Assembly (NCBI RefSeq): GCF_004010195.1
Contig: NC_057711.1
Location: 76,215,817-76,279,816, forward strand
DNA from: Chiloscyllium plagiosum
Lineage: Eukaryota
Direction: 5' to 3'
Length of the DNA stretch: 64,000 nt
Part shown: in pieces, positions 50,621 through 63,999 of the stretch
How positions within the stretch are numbered: position 1 is the stretch's first letter
How the letters are laid out: each line of letters begins with the position of its first letter
Position numbers and translations under genes: made by a program
Notes under the pieces: generated by a model
What the model was told of the DNA's origin: nothing
The model's database searches: none
The model's input: the letters and a program-made list of their open reading frames with translations, nothing else

Positions 50621-53600
50621 ATTAGGAAAGCTAATTGAACGTTCTCACTTTATAGTGAGGAGAATTGAATACAAAAATAGGGATGTAATGCTTCAGTTAT
50701 ACAGGTTATTGGTGAGACCATATCTGGAGCACAGTATCTGTCTTTATTTATGGAAAGATCTGAATATGTTGGAGGTAGTTCAGAGAAAGGTGTCTGGACT
50801 AATACGTGAAATGGGTAGTTTGTCCTGTGAGGACAAATTGACAGGCTAGGCTTGTATCTGCTGAAGTTTGAAAATGTAATGGGCAACTTGATTGAAACAT
50901 AAAATCCTCAGGAGCCTTAATAGGGTAAATGGGGAGATACATTTTTCCTGTTATGTGAGAATCTAAAACAAGGGGGAGATCACTACTTAAAAATCAGCAG
51001 TCCTCAATTTAAAAGAGACATTGTGTGCTTTTTGTGTCGAGTCTTTTGGAATGTTCTTCTAGTAAAGGTGGTGCAAGTAGAATCGTTTGAATATTTTTAA
51101 AGCAGAGGTAAATATAGACTCTTGTGAAACAAGGAGTTGAAAGATTTTAAATTGGTTTGTGTATTTGAGCTACAATCTGATAGGCTCTGATCTCATTGGA
51201 TGGTGGAGCAGTCTCCGGGGCCTGAATGGCTTATTCCTGCTGCTGTTTAAAGTATTCATTTTTTCACTTCCATCACCAGATGACCCAGTTCTTAGTCTAT
51301 AGTTCATTTACCATTTTTGCTGGTAAACTACATTCAGCTACGTTGATTTTCAGATTGCTTAGGAATGCCCGTCATGATCTCCCATTGCAGTAATCTGGAA
51401 TAATAGCCTGCAAGATGGAGTGGTTTGATGTGGTCCATCCTGTTATTTTCCCCTTTTCAAGCTAAGCTGTCCGTTCCCTGTGACTTCTGCTTATTTGTGG
51501 TAAACAACTGACTAGAAACCAAGCATCAGCCATAGGGTAAAATTGCCAAGAGTTCTCTCTGGTCCCTAGTATGCACTCATTGGTTCATTTTGGAGCAACA
51601 CTGTCAAAGATGTTGGGCATAGATTTGTTTGAGAGAGATATAGGTGATCTCTGCCTGAAATACACTTTACTTTTGCAGGGAAAGGGGTTGGGAAAATGTC
51701 CGTGGGCACTGTTCTTTGGCTATGATGCTCTGTCCTTTCTCAATGATTGGCACTCAGCGTTGCCAGATTATTCAATGTTCATATGTGAATAATGGCCACT
51801 TGGGTGAAGTGCTGGAAGGCACAGAACTTGAATTCTCATTTTGGATTAATTCCAGATTTTTTTATGATCGTTGATTTTGGAAAATCCCACCTGCTTAAAA
51901 GAGGAAATGTTCAGATTAGGTTTGCTGCCAAAGTCTCAAACAGTTGCACACTGGTCTGTTTTGTAACTTGAAACGAAAGCAAATATTTAGAGTGGATGTT
52001 GCAGCAGCTCTATTTGCTTGATTCCACAGTAACATGTCTGTACACAAACAAAAGCAGCAGTGTCCAGCCTCACTACTATCCTGTTTTCAGTTGGTATCTA
52101 TAGCTAATCTTGTTCCATTTTCTTCCCAAGTGAGCTTAGAGGTGCCCTGCTGATACAGTTCTCAACTGGTTCTAACAAGAACAGCTTACATTTATATAGT
52201 GCCTTGTACTATTGGAAAATGCCCAAGATGCTCCAGAAGTATAACGGGCAAAAATGGATTACAAACCAAGGATGAGATCGTGGGCTTACCTTGCAGTTAT
52301 TGTTAATGTGCAAATCGAACAGCAATATTCAGCACCCAATTAAACACACTTCCAGCAGCTGCTATCTGGGTTTCCCTGCCTTTTCCAAATGCTTCCCAAA
52401 AATTGCATCTTGTTGTCTGTCTCTCAATTCAAATACATTGAAAGTTGGATATACCTCAAAGGCGAGACCTAAATTTGCTGAAAAACATTCAGCTTGTCCA
52501 TTCCAGTGTGGGAATACTAAACAAGTATTCTGACACTGCAAATTAACTTTAACTGGAGCAGTTAGGGATTTTTTAAATAAGTGTTTCTTTTTTTTTCCTC
52601 AATCTCGTCTTCAGTATTTTCATTTTCTGTGTCTGTTTGATATCAAATTCAAAATTGCAGCTTACACTTCCAGGCTGAAACACTCATCTGTTCAGTCATG
52701 ATTTTTCATTTAATTAATTGAAGAAATACTGTGCTTGCCTGTTCATATATGCCTCTGATGTTTTGTAAAAACTGTTTCAAAGGTTAACTGAAAGGAAATC
52801 GCTGTGGAAACCCATTGAATTCCCATGGCCAATTGGATATTTATTTCATATTTGGAGCATTTGGCCCATTAGCAACATAGAATAAAGACAGGGGAATTTA
52901 GGGGTGAGCTCTCAACATTGTGCCACACAACTGAAGACATTTGTCAGCGTTGAAGAAACCATCTGCGATTGAATGGTGTGGATAGAGGATGATGGAGGCT
53001 GTGCTGGATAGCATTAGAATGGTCAATAGGAAACGCTAAAAATGTTCATGTCGAGCAGAGATGCCTTAAGTAAATACTGAGGTACAGGTGAAAGGGAATG
53101 GTAATAAGACAAGTGAAGAAACGATGGATAGCTACAAAATCTTATACGCAAACAGCAGAAACCTGTCAAGTGCCTAATTGGATGATGAGGTTCTGTTCTT
53201 TTAAGGTTGTGTTAAGTTTTGAGAACAGAGGAGAAAGCCATTATCAGTGGAAGTGGGGCAGAGAACCAAAATAACAGGCAACCAGAAGATTGAGGTGAAA
53301 CAACCATCCAATTTGTTTTCCCATCCCCAATATAGAGACAGTTGCGAGTAATAAATAATTGAATGCTAAATCGAACAAGGTACAGGTAAAATAAGTTCAG
53401 ATTAAGCTTTTTTTTTATTTGTTCATGATGTTTGTGTTGTTGGCAACATTTATTCCCCATCTCTAATTGCTGTTATGAAGGTGGTGGTGAACTTCTAGTC
53501 CATGTGGTGAAGATTACTTCCACAGTATTGGTGGTAGGAAGTTCCAGAATTTTGACCCATTAATGAAGGAACGGTGGTATGTTACCTAATAGTGATGGTG

Positions 53601-54339
53601 TGTGGCATGGAGGTGAACCTGCTTTTCCTAATTTGGAGATGCCGGTGTAGTTTGCATTTGCTGATTTCCTGTCATTCTAGGTAACAGAGATGACAGGTCT
53701 TGAAGATGCTTTTGAAAATACCTTGGCCAATTGCTTCTGTTCACCTTTCAGATGGGCATAACTGCCGTAGTGCACCAGTAGTGGAGAGAATGAATTTTGA
53801 AGGTGATAGATAATGTAGATGGGAATGAATAATGGTGAGGGTGCCAAATATTTTAAGAGCTATCTTTAGATAAGTGAATTAGAGAGACAGAGCTTAACTG
53901 AGGCAATTGAAGACGTTGCTACAAATGATAGAGCAATTAAAATCAAGTTTGTTAAAATGCATCTTTGGGTTTTTGGGGGACAAGGGCAAGCAAGGTCACG
54001 AAGGAATTGGAAAATGAAAATGAGCATTTTAAAATTAAAAGCGTATGCTAACTGGGACCCACTGGAAGCCAGCTAGGGTATTATTTGAAGAAAAATAAAC
54101 TTTTTTAGTAATCGTAGTACCAACAGCATTTTTAGAGCAATAACATTTAGCAAAAAGCAATAATGCATTCAGATTTACAAATTTGTAATTTTTTTTTCCC
54201 CTTTCACTTCTTGACCCATAGCTGTTGCAGTAAGTGGCATTCATGCTTCCCAGTCAAAAAATCATGGACACAAATATTGGTGCACTACTGGGGAAGTACA
54301 ATATTACCAGAGATGAAAACTTAACGATATGAGTAAAAG

Positions 54340-55560
54340 GATCATGACCAAACCATAAAGCTAAACCAGCTGCCTTCATCATTTTAATATGTTTGATTTC
54401 AGGCTTCTAATCCACCTGCTTGCTTGATTTCCTGCAAGACCAAAAATCAGTCATCTTAGCCTTAAATTGATTCAACAATGGTGCATGCACAGCCCTCTGG
54501 GAAAGACTATTCCAAAGATACACAGCCTATTTAAGTGAAAAAGCTTTGTTGTCATCTCAGCACTGAATGGTTCACCCCTTGTCCTGAGACTCTGCCTGTG
54601 TTCCAGATTCCCTAACTGGTGGAGCTAACATTATCAAGCTGTTTGTCTTGTGCATATCAATATGATCACTGCATTCATCTGAATTTCTGAAAATATTAGT
54701 TTAATTTACCTTTGCCTCATTATAGGACACTTGCATCTCCAGGAACCAATGTAGTGAAACATTACTTGACTGCCTGTAGTGCAAGTATATTATGCTAAAG
54801 ATATGAAAATCTAAATTGGCCAATGAGTGGTCTCACTAGAGCTCTGTACTATTAATTATTCTTGCACTCCCGTCCCCTTGCAATAATTTGCAATGTGCTT
54901 CCTAACTGCTTGACATGCCTGAATGCTAACGTCCCGTTCCTTGTAAGAGTATACTCCAGTCTTGCTAAACATCACCATTTAAGAGTTTTACATTTTTTAA
55001 AAAATTACTCTGCTTTCATCCTAAGAACAGAAAACCAAAGCAATACCCCACACTTCCCTATGTTATACTCCATCTGCCACCTCAGTGTACACCCATTTAA
55101 CCTGCCTATATCTATTTGCAGGCTCTTTATACCCTTCATATGAATTATCTTCCAACTTGATTTTGAATTGTAAGAAAACATAGATGTTAGTCTTGGGTGT
55201 CTTTGCCTACATTATTAATGCATGTTGTAAATAGATGATACTGTATCACCAATCCTTGTGGCTGGTCACTAATTACAGCTTGCCAATTTAAAAATACCCT
55301 AATCATTTCTACTCTCTGCTGCTTGTCCATTGGCCAATCTAAATGCTTTGTGGAAATGTATGATTTTTAAAAGTCTGTTGCTTCCCCATTTATCTAGCCT
55401 GCTAGCTAATTCCTCCTCAATCTCTTAATAATTTGTCTCTCACTATTTCCCTTTCATAAAATGATGTTGGCACCTTCTGCTCATACTATGATTTTGCTAA
55501 TGCCAACGTTTTGCTGGCAACTAATGTCACATTAACTAATCTTTATATCCTCATTTTTTT
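54340..55560 (-). mobile_element. Very decayed CR1 fragment
   Basis: Contains tatactccatctgccac (antisense of WQMEY) and other CR1 3' landmarks. Confidence 0.6.
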
Positions 55561-55589
55561 TCTCCCTCATTTCTTTTAATAATGTTCTT

Positions 55590-55780
55590 TGGAATGAGAT
55601 GGTAAATTAGGATCCTATCTGCCCTCTTGAGTTGACATAAAAGATTCCATGGCTTTTTTTTCCCAAAGAATAGGGGAGTTCTCTCTGGTATCCTGTTCAG
55701 TGTTAATCTCTCAAACAGATAACACTAGAACTGATAGTTCCTATTGCTGTTGGTGGCATCTCTTTGCATGCTGTTGAATG
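55590..55780 (+). mobile_element. Deu-domain SINE fragment
   Basis: tgagatggtaaa...tctgccctcttgagttgacataaaagattccatggc...ggggagttctctctggtatcctg. Confidence 0.55.
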
Positions 55781-57489
55781 AAGAAGATTAAGGAATGATT
55801 GAATGGGAATGCTCAAGTTGATTAACAAAACAATGAGTCAAACAGTTTGTCCATTTCTCCTGATGTGGAATTCCAGGAGAACTGGATAACCCATCAAATT
55901 GGTTCTAGGCTGTTCTTGAGTAATGCCACAGTGTCACTTCTTAACACAGAACAGGATAATGAAACTTGTGGAAATACTCTTCCTGTCTCCCCCATATTTG
56001 CACACCCTCCAAGGTGCAGGGTAGGTACCTTTTGTAATTTGAGATTCATAGAGTTTCCTAAGGCAAAGATATTAATAATTTTGGAGCCTGGGTAGGTAGA
56101 GTGAAGTTTCAGGTCAATAATGATGTAATTGAATTGTGGAACAGGCTTAAAGGGTTGAATGGCCTATTCCTATTACAAAAGCAACTATGATTCTCGAAGT
56201 TATTGACTGTGAAATGCTTCAGGATGCACTCGAAGATGAGTGACTGAATATCCGGTTGCTAAATTCCCTTATCCCCAGCTATTCCCAAACCAAGGTAGGT
56301 AATCTATTGTAAGTAAATATTGCTATGCTACTAATAATTTTTGAATTAAAATTCTTTTCACCCTAAGGACAGAAAAATAATAAATTCATTACACTCTCTT
56401 GGTTAACATCCTGGCTGTTTCAATTTAGTTCTAAAGTTTTTTTTGACTGCATCAGAATCTGAGGAGTGTGAAAAGCAGGAATTGTTGTTAGAGCTGTACA
56501 GGGTATGGGTGAGTTTTTTTTTGTATTTAAGGAATAGTATGATTGCATTGGTGGCAGAACAACAAATGTTCACTACATTGGTTTCTGAGATGGCTGATCT
56601 CCCATGAGGCCGAGAAAATTAAACTTTGGAGTTTAAATGAAGATGATAATCTTACTGAAGATGCTGTATAAGGAACATGGAAAGGTTGTTTCTTCTGACT
56701 GGAATGTGAATCTGGAATGGATGGACTCATCTTTATTTTCAAATATGTATTTTATTTGGATCTTCTGACAGGAGACCAAGTGGTGGTAAATTGTTAAGTT
56801 CATACTGTGGTCCATTGGCTTACTGTTGGCGAGACTGAGGTTGAAACTTGTTATTGAGTTGAGGTTAACATCTACCTAAGAAAAATATTTTAACAAGTAT
56901 GTAAAGAGCCTCGTTTTGATGAAGTTGCCTTTTTTAAAAAAAATGTAATTTTAACTTGAAAATAGTGCACATTTGAGAATATGGTTATATGTTTACAAAA
57001 TCTATTCCATAGTAACTTACATATATCAATAATTTCTCCTCTATTCACCGCTTATCCCAAAAAAGATGGACCTTGTTGTTTGTCTCTTTATTTTGAGATA
57101 AGGTAGAAAGGTGGGATTGAATTTTCTTGATGCTTCAGTTTATTTAATAAAAAAAAAGCACTTTGTTTGATAATGTGGAAACTGGATGTTATCCCATTAT
57201 TACACACGCATCATGAAACTGTGGTTTGTGGCTTCCCTAGTATAAACTGGAATTGAGCTTTCACAATTATAGCTTATTAAAGATAAGCTTTCTCTTACTA
57301 AAAGATGTATCTAGATGTTAGTAGATTTAAATTGCAAGTTACCAAGCAAATCCGGTGTAAACATTGAATTGGTATAAATGTAATGAGGTGAAATGTGTTT
57401 CATTTAAAGCCTAGAAGGAATGTAATGGAGCAAGTTGTTGCAGATTTTAAAAATTACAGATGTAGCAAATTGATAGATTTCCTGGACTT

Positions 57490-58600
57490 AGACCATAAGA
57501 TAAAGGAGCAGGAATTGTCCATTCAGTTCAACGCATCTGCACGACCATTCGTTGAGATTACTGTTGATCTGAACCTCAACTCCACTTTCCTATATTTTCC
57601 CCAAAACCCTTGGTTACTTTGCTGATTTAAAAATTGCCTTATCTCAACCTTGAATATATGTAATTATCTGACCTTAATAGCACGCTAAGGTAGAAAATTC
57701 CATAGGTTCACATCCCTCCGAGAAGGAATTCTTCCTCCTCTCTGTCGCAAATGGGAAACCCACAACTCAGATTATGCCTTCTGGCCTATATTCTCCCACA
57801 AGGGGAAGCAACCTTTCCACAACTATCCTATCTAGTTCTCTATGAATTTTTAATATTTCAATAACATTGGAATTTATAAGAATTAATGAGTACCAGCTCG
57901 ACCTCTCCTTTATAAAGCATTTCTTCCATACCTGGTACCAGCTGAGTGACCTTTCTCTGGACTGCCTCCAATGCCAGTTTCTTTCCTTTAGATAAGGAAC
58001 CCACTGTTTACAATATTCCAGCTATTGTTTAACTGGTGCCTTGTTATGCCCAACATTCCATTTGTCTTCCTTTATTACACACTGAACTTGCATGTAAGTT
58101 TTTTGTGATTCATGCACAAGGGTTCCCAAATCTGTCTGTCCTATAGATTCCTGCACTCTTTCACCATTTTAAATCCTGTTCAGCAGCTCCTCTTTCTGCC
58201 AAAATGCATGTCCTCACATTTTCTCACATTATATTCCATTTGTCAAGTTTATTCCCAGTTAGTAAACCGGTCAGTATCCCTTTGCAGCCTCTATGCCATC
58301 CTCACCGCTTGGTTTCTCATGTATATTTTTATCTGCAAACTTGTCTATAGTACATTCATTTTTTTTCTTTATCCAAGTCCTCAATGTACAGTATAGGGAT
58401 AGTAATTGTGGTGCAGGATGATTCCTGTGACAGGTTGCCATCCTAGAACAGTACTACCACCCAACTCTCTCTTCTATCAGTTAGGCAATTTTCTGTCCAT
58501 GCTAATATACAACTTCCAACACCATAGGCACTTTACTTAATAAGATACTATATATTACATATCTAATGAAGCACCTTCTGAAAATCCAAATCTATTACAT
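57490..58600 (-). mobile_element. Decayed CR1 fragment
   Basis: gaccataaga..ggagcagga tail and tctggactgcctccaatgccag (antisense of LALEAVQR). Confidence 0.65.
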
Positions 58601-58755
58601 TGAGAACCCAGTCTTAAAACAATGAACTTCTGATACAAAGCAAAGCTACTTGCATTCACTAAAACTGATAGACCTTGTACTTTGTACAAATTAATGTACA
58701 TTTTGGCCTCAACAGTTGTTTATTTCTGGTTTGTCTCAACTTGTTTTCACGGCAG

Positions 58756-58869
58756 GTGGAATGGATACAGCAGCAGGTGGTAAAACGACGGATAAAGAGA
58801 GATTTTAAAGCTGGAGCTCCTCAGTATCCTTACTTCAATGATCCTAAATGGTCAAGCATGTGGTACATA
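58756..58869 (+). CDS. PCSK5: PCSK5 coding exon (probably exon 3), VEWIQQQVVKRRIKR|DFKAGAPQYPYFNDPKWSSMWYI; contains the propeptide autocleavage site RIKR
   Basis: ttttcacggcag acceptor, ATA|gtaagt donor, 114 bp = 38 codons, in frame with the upstream exon (MEPK-VEWIQQQ). The QQQVVKxRxKR and FNDPKW..MWY motifs are typical of furin-family convertases. Confidence 0.97.
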
Positions 58870-59699
58870 GTAAGTGGTATTTGATTTTTGTGTAATTCTT
58901 CACACCCATTTCCTTCCTCCACAATACTTTTCTCTTTACGTCAACTTTGTTGCATGCTGAAATGTTTGCAGTTTTTGTTTTGGAGCTCAAATTGTATACC
59001 ATACTCCAATTTTGGTCAATATCGCATCTCAATTTGTTTGTTCTATTGCGTCATCATAAAAATCATTATTCCATTAGTTTGTTTCTCACCTGTATCCTAA
59101 GATATTGTTTTTAATCCTTTGTGAATTTTAATCACCTGCCTTCCTAAATTATCCAAGTGTACTTATTCTGTTTCTATTGAAATGTATCGTCTCAAATTAC
59201 CGACAGATTTCCATTTCACATTCATGGCCACCTTGCAACTATTTTTTTATTTATTCGTGGGATGTGGGCACCACTGGCTGAGCCGGCATTTATTGCCATT
59301 GCTGTTACTGCTTGAACTGAAGGCAGTTAAGAGTTAACTATATTGTTATGTGTCAGGAATCACATGGGCCAGACCAGGTCAGGTCAGGATAGCAGATTTG
59401 CTTCCTTAAATGTCAATTATGCAATGGTTATATTGTTTCCATTCGACCAGCCTTTTATTTATTTTAAATTCCAGGGTTGTTTTTTGAATTCAAAAAGCAC
59501 CATTTGTAATAATAGGATTCTAACTAATGTTGCCAGAACATTGACCTAGCACTTTGGATTACGAGTCTATTCATATTAGCACTATCCTACCATCTCCTCA
59601 GCTTTTGTCTTTTAGATTATTTTAATATTCTTCCATTTGGGGATTTTGATTAATCCGGTTAATGGGCAAAACTTTGGCAGAGGATTTAATTATAAGCAA

Positions 59700-60400
59700 A
59701 CATTTTAGACCATACTGTTTGAAAGGTGAAAACCTAAAATAGTAGGGGTTCCAAAGCTTTAAGTGCACCCAAGCGCACGCATTAAAATGTTGTGAACAGA
59801 AACTGGAAAAAAAATCAAAAAGACCAGTGGGATGTTGGCTTTTATGGAGAGGGAACTTGATTACAAAATGGTAAAAGCTATACAAAGTTCAAACCACACC
59901 TAGAGTACTGAAGTTCTGAACACCACATTATACAAAGGATATATTAGCTTAGGTGTGTACATTTAACTAGAATGGTATGTGAACTTCAATGGTTAAATTA
60001 CAGGGAAAGATTAAACAAAGTATGGATATATTTTGTTAAACTTAGAAGCCTGATGTAAATTATTTGAAGCTCACAAGATATTAAGAGAAACAGATAAAGA
60101 TAAACTTTTTCCACTCGTAGTGGAATCTAGGAGTAACATCTGTAGTTTAAATATTAGAGATAAACCTTTTAGAAATTAGAAACTAATTTTTCAAATTAAC
60201 AATGGTGATGTTTGGAACTCTATTCTGCAAATTGCAGTTAATTGGATATTAAATCTGTCAATCTCTTCAAAAATTGCAGATATTGGGATAGAAGGCATAT
60301 TATGGGTATATAAAATTAGATCATTGATGTCCCATGACTCCCATTGATTGGCAGAACAGGGTCATGAGTCCACATGGCCTACTTCTGTTCTTGTTCTTAT
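59700..60400 (+). mobile_element. Very decayed CR1 3' fragment
   Basis: ccacacctagagtactg (PHLEY) and a tggcctacttctgttc tail. Confidence 0.5.
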
Positions 60401-60751
60401 TTTGGGATTGACTTTGTTCTGGCATCAGCATGTGACATCTTATAATGTAAAAAGGCTGCAGAATAAAACAATGTCCTTGTTGAAGGGAAAAGGGCAAGTT
60501 GGCATATAAAAAGGACAGTGTACATAGGCAGGGAGGCTTCAGTTACATTCAAGGCTGAACTGACTTAATGGAATAAATATCAAACAAAAGTGATATCTTT
60601 ATTTCCTATTTTTTGCAAACTGTTTTGTCACTATCTTGTTGAGAATATTTCATTCTTCTCAATGAAAATGTTGCTTTCTTGAATGCAAAAGTTTGTTATT
60701 TATTTGATAGTAACGTTTAATCCTTTTTTTTTGTTTCTATCCACCCATTAG

Positions 60752-60895
60752 CACTGCAACGATGACACTCATCACTGCCAGTCAGATATGAACATTGTAG
60801 GTGCTTGGCGGAGAGGCTATACAGGTCGAAATGTCGTGGTAACAATTCTGGATGATGGCATTGAGAGGAACCACCCTGATTTGCAGCAGAATTAT
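60752..60895 (+). CDS. PCSK5: PCSK5 coding exon (probably exon 4), HCNDDTHHCQSDMNIVGAWRRGYTGRNVVVTILDDGIERNHPDLQQNY; includes the catalytic Asp motif TILDDG
   Basis: T-rich tract plus attag acceptor, TAT|gtatgt donor, 144 bp = 48 codons. It carries the subtilase S8B Asp motif, and the HCxDxxHxCQSDMN stretch is PC5-like. Confidence 0.97.
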
Positions 60896-61659
60896 GTATG
60901 TTTTGTTTTCAATTTTCTTTCAAGCAAATGCCTTTCAAAAATTTGCAAAGACTTATTTGAGTCCTGCTGTAAGTGAGTTATGACACCAAGGGAAACTAAG
61001 ATAACTCAATTTAAGTGTTTTAGAAATTGTCACTGCTTCCTTTTGGCGTTTACACCCATAACCATTTGTATAAGTGGAATTTGGGCACTCCCCCATTACA
61101 CTTGATTGCAAACTTCTGTTTGTGAAACCAGATTCTACTGTAGTTGGGCAATAAGGGATAATTATGGTGACTGTGATTATTGCTTCTCCTTATCCCAAGA
61201 ATCTATTTGCAAGTTAGAACAGTTAATTTCATTAGGTTTGTAACTTTTTTTGGTGTCTTAGAATATATTTACTGATTGATCTAGAATTAGTACAATACAA
61301 CTGCTACTGGTGTAATATGACAAGTACAAATTAAATCCTGCTATGAGTTGGATGCACTATATTTACTTTCCAGTCTCAAATTTCTTGTCAGCAAGAATTT
61401 TTTGAGGCTCAAATGTAGAATCTCTCCCTAAAATTGGAACAGGTTTGCTCATTGTATTCTCTGTGGGGAAAATGCATTTATTATTTTAAGCCCCCTTGTA
61501 TATCCAGTCATCACAGTATTAACTACAAATTAAAATGGGAAGTTATAAGTTTTTAAAATTTATATAGGTGAACCTATTGGATTTATTTCATCACCCTAAG
61601 TACTATACGTAAAAGATTGATTTTGAAATATAGTGAATGTGGTTTAAGTAAACCTTGAA

Positions 61660-61840
61660 GCCAAATTGCACATAGCAATGCTCCACAAAGAGCAAATGAG
61701 ACAAATAATCAGACAATCTGTTTTTAGTTAGGATGTAGGGAACACTCCACAGAGAGTATGGGATTTTTCACATCTGCCTGAACAAGCAGGGATGTGTTCT
61801 TGGTTTAATGTCTCCTCAGACAACGTAGTTCTCCTTTGAT
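61660..61840 (-). mobile_element. Decayed Deu-domain SINE fragment
   Basis: atgggatttttcacatctgcctgaacaagcag...cttggtttaatgtctc. Confidence 0.45.
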
Positions 61841-62602
61841 ATTTAACTAGAACTAATTAAGAAAAGCAGCTGAAATTTCTCTTTGGATTAGGTATCCAGT
61901 CTTGCTAGTAGAACTGCGAAATTATACAGATGGGAATGGAGTTTGTCATCTTTATGGCAGAACCTGGACAATTTGGAGCTAGGGGAGCTTTGCAATTTTT
62001 ATTTAACCATATTCTGTGGTTTCCCATTCAATCTTGTTCCCCCTTTGTCTTTGTGCCAGTTTCCAAGGCAACATTAAATGGAATTCGAACATGGTTAATT
62101 AAAGAATTGTATCTTTCTTGGATCAAGTTTGAGATTCCTTCAAATTGCTTGAACATTTGATTTCTTCAGAAGCAAGTTGTTTAAAATTCCAAAATGCACT
62201 TTTTAAACAAAACATTTCCAAAATCTCATGGCACTTGTTCCAATTATTGTTTGCATTTCTAAAATACATAAATATTAATAAGCATATAAAGACATTTAAA
62301 TCCAATCACTTCAAGTCAACACACCATCCACCTAGACTAATAATTCCAATTACATTATCACCCTTTATCCATATCACTTCCTTCATTACCTCTTCCTCAA
62401 CTGCTAACTCAATGTTAGTTCAAATTCCTCAACGCACTGCATGGTGTCGTTTCTACCATCAATTAGACATTTATGTTAGCTGTGATTCATTCTTGAACCT
62501 TTTTTATATTTGTTTTTATGCACATTCTATTCTTTCATTATGCTTCTATTTTATTATTGCTGAATTATCATTTCTATAGTATTACTATTTTTTTTCCCCT
62601 AT

Positions 62603-62945
62603 GGGGTGGTATTAGTGGTTAGCATGGATGCCTCTCAGTGCCAGGGACTCAGGTTTGATTGCATCCTTGGGTGGCTGAGCAAACTCCACACAGACATTTG
62701 CTCTGTATTTGCTTGGCTTTCTGCCAGGTGCTCCATCTTCCTCCTACAATCAAAAAGGTATGCAGATTAGGTGGATTAGCCATGCTAAATTCTGTAGTGT
62801 CCAGTGATGTGTGGGCTAGGTGGATTAGCCATGGGTTAAGTGATCTTATGGAGATGGGGCAAGGGCCTGGGTCTGGGTGGAATGCTCTTTGGAGAGTCAG
62901 TGCAGACTAGATGGTCCGAATGACCTCTTTCTGCATTGTAGAGGT
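62603..62945 (+). mobile_element. Decayed HE1-like SINE
   Basis: tRNA-like head, gccatgctaaatt motif and CR1-like tail. Confidence 0.75.
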
Positions 62946-63204
62946 TTTATACATAGCCCCGCAATCTGCATTGTTATTGTTGGGGGAGAAAGGTAGATTT
63001 TTTTTAAAGACTGACTTGATTCCGATTACTGTCTCTTACCGGGTGGCATTTTAGTGAAACAATGTTGTATTCCCTCAAAAACCTCAACATGCTGCCAATA
63101 TTGCAGATATGGACGTAGTGGTTTAACTGCAATTTAATGTTTTACATAGACTAATTGTTATACATTGGTTATTTATACTGTTTACTTAAAATAACATCTA
63201 AAAT

Positions 63205-63670
63205 TCATTAGTCAAAGAGCAAGGAAACATCTCTTCGGTCCAACTCATCCACACCAACTGGAAATCCCAATCTGACCGAGTACCATTTGCCAGCCTTTGG
63301 CCCATATCCCCTGTAAACCTTCGTATTCATATACCCATCTTGATACCTTTTTAATTGTTAAAATTGTACCAGCCTCCTCCACTTCCTCTGGCAGTTCATT
63401 CCGTACATGCACCACCTTCTACATGAAAACGTTAACCCACAAGTCCTTTTTAAAACCTTTCCCCTCCCCTTAAACCTGTGCTGTCTAGTTTTGGACTCCC
63501 TAGAAGAACGATTTTGACTACTCACCCAGTACAGGTTGAGGTTGGGGAATGGTGTGTGAATACTCTCAAGCAGGTCAACATAATGAAGAAGGAAGTGTTG
63601 GGTGTCTTGAAATACATTAAAGTAGATATGTCCCCAGGGCCAGGATACTGTGTGGGAGGCAATAGAGGAA
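63205..63670. mobile_element. CR1 3' end (-, ~63205-63500) abutting an upstream CR1 ORF2 piece in + orientation (~63535-63670)
   Basis: Minus strand gives ESKTRQHRFKGRG; plus strand gives KKEVLGVLKYIKVDMSPGP. Confidence 0.65.
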
Positions 63671-63673
63671 ATA

Positions 63674-63999
63674 CAGAAGAACCCCAATTATCCGAACGAG
63701 ATGGGCGGGCACTGTTTTTTGTTTGGATAATTGATTATTCAATTAATTGATTTCCTCTGAGGCTCGGAGTGTTTTTTTATTAAATCTGCTCCCCATTCAG
63801 GAGACTAGGCAGCTACACACCTTGCGTGAGCCCCACCTGACCCCAACCCCATCTGCCCCACACCCACTCCGTCCAACCCTGCCCGTTCCCAACCCGCCCC
63901 CTCCCCAAACCCCTTTTGTAATATATGTATATAAATGATCTGGAGAAAAATTTATGTCCTTTTGGATAATTGATATTCAAATAATTTGAGGTTCCTCTG
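63674..63999. mobile_element. MITE with imperfect TIRs and a TA target site (Tc1/mariner-pogo/Tigger-like)
   Basis: Left end ta|cagaagaaccccaattatccgaa; reverse complement of the right end cagaggaacctcaaattatttgaa. The window ends on the T of the expected TA. Confidence 0.75.

Larger units (their letters stand above)
44490..51245 (+). mobile_element. Old CR1 ORF2 remnant in three pieces (~44490-45693, 49401-49920, 50621-51245), split by younger insertions
   Basis: LEFFEEV resumes as VDVLHFAFQ at 49401. cagcaagta resumes as attaggaaagctaat at 50621. Confidence 0.75.
740..58755 (+). other. PCSK5: 58,016-bp GT-AG intron of PCSK5 (length includes N gaps)
   Basis: The flanking exons join in frame with no missing residues relative to the PC5 sequence as I recall it. 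Confidence 0.9.

Noticed and set aside
58675..58884. Track ORFs 58675-58884 and 60788-60976 as stand-alone genes
   Set aside because: They are PCSK5 exons read through into intron; canonical splice sites define the true limits.
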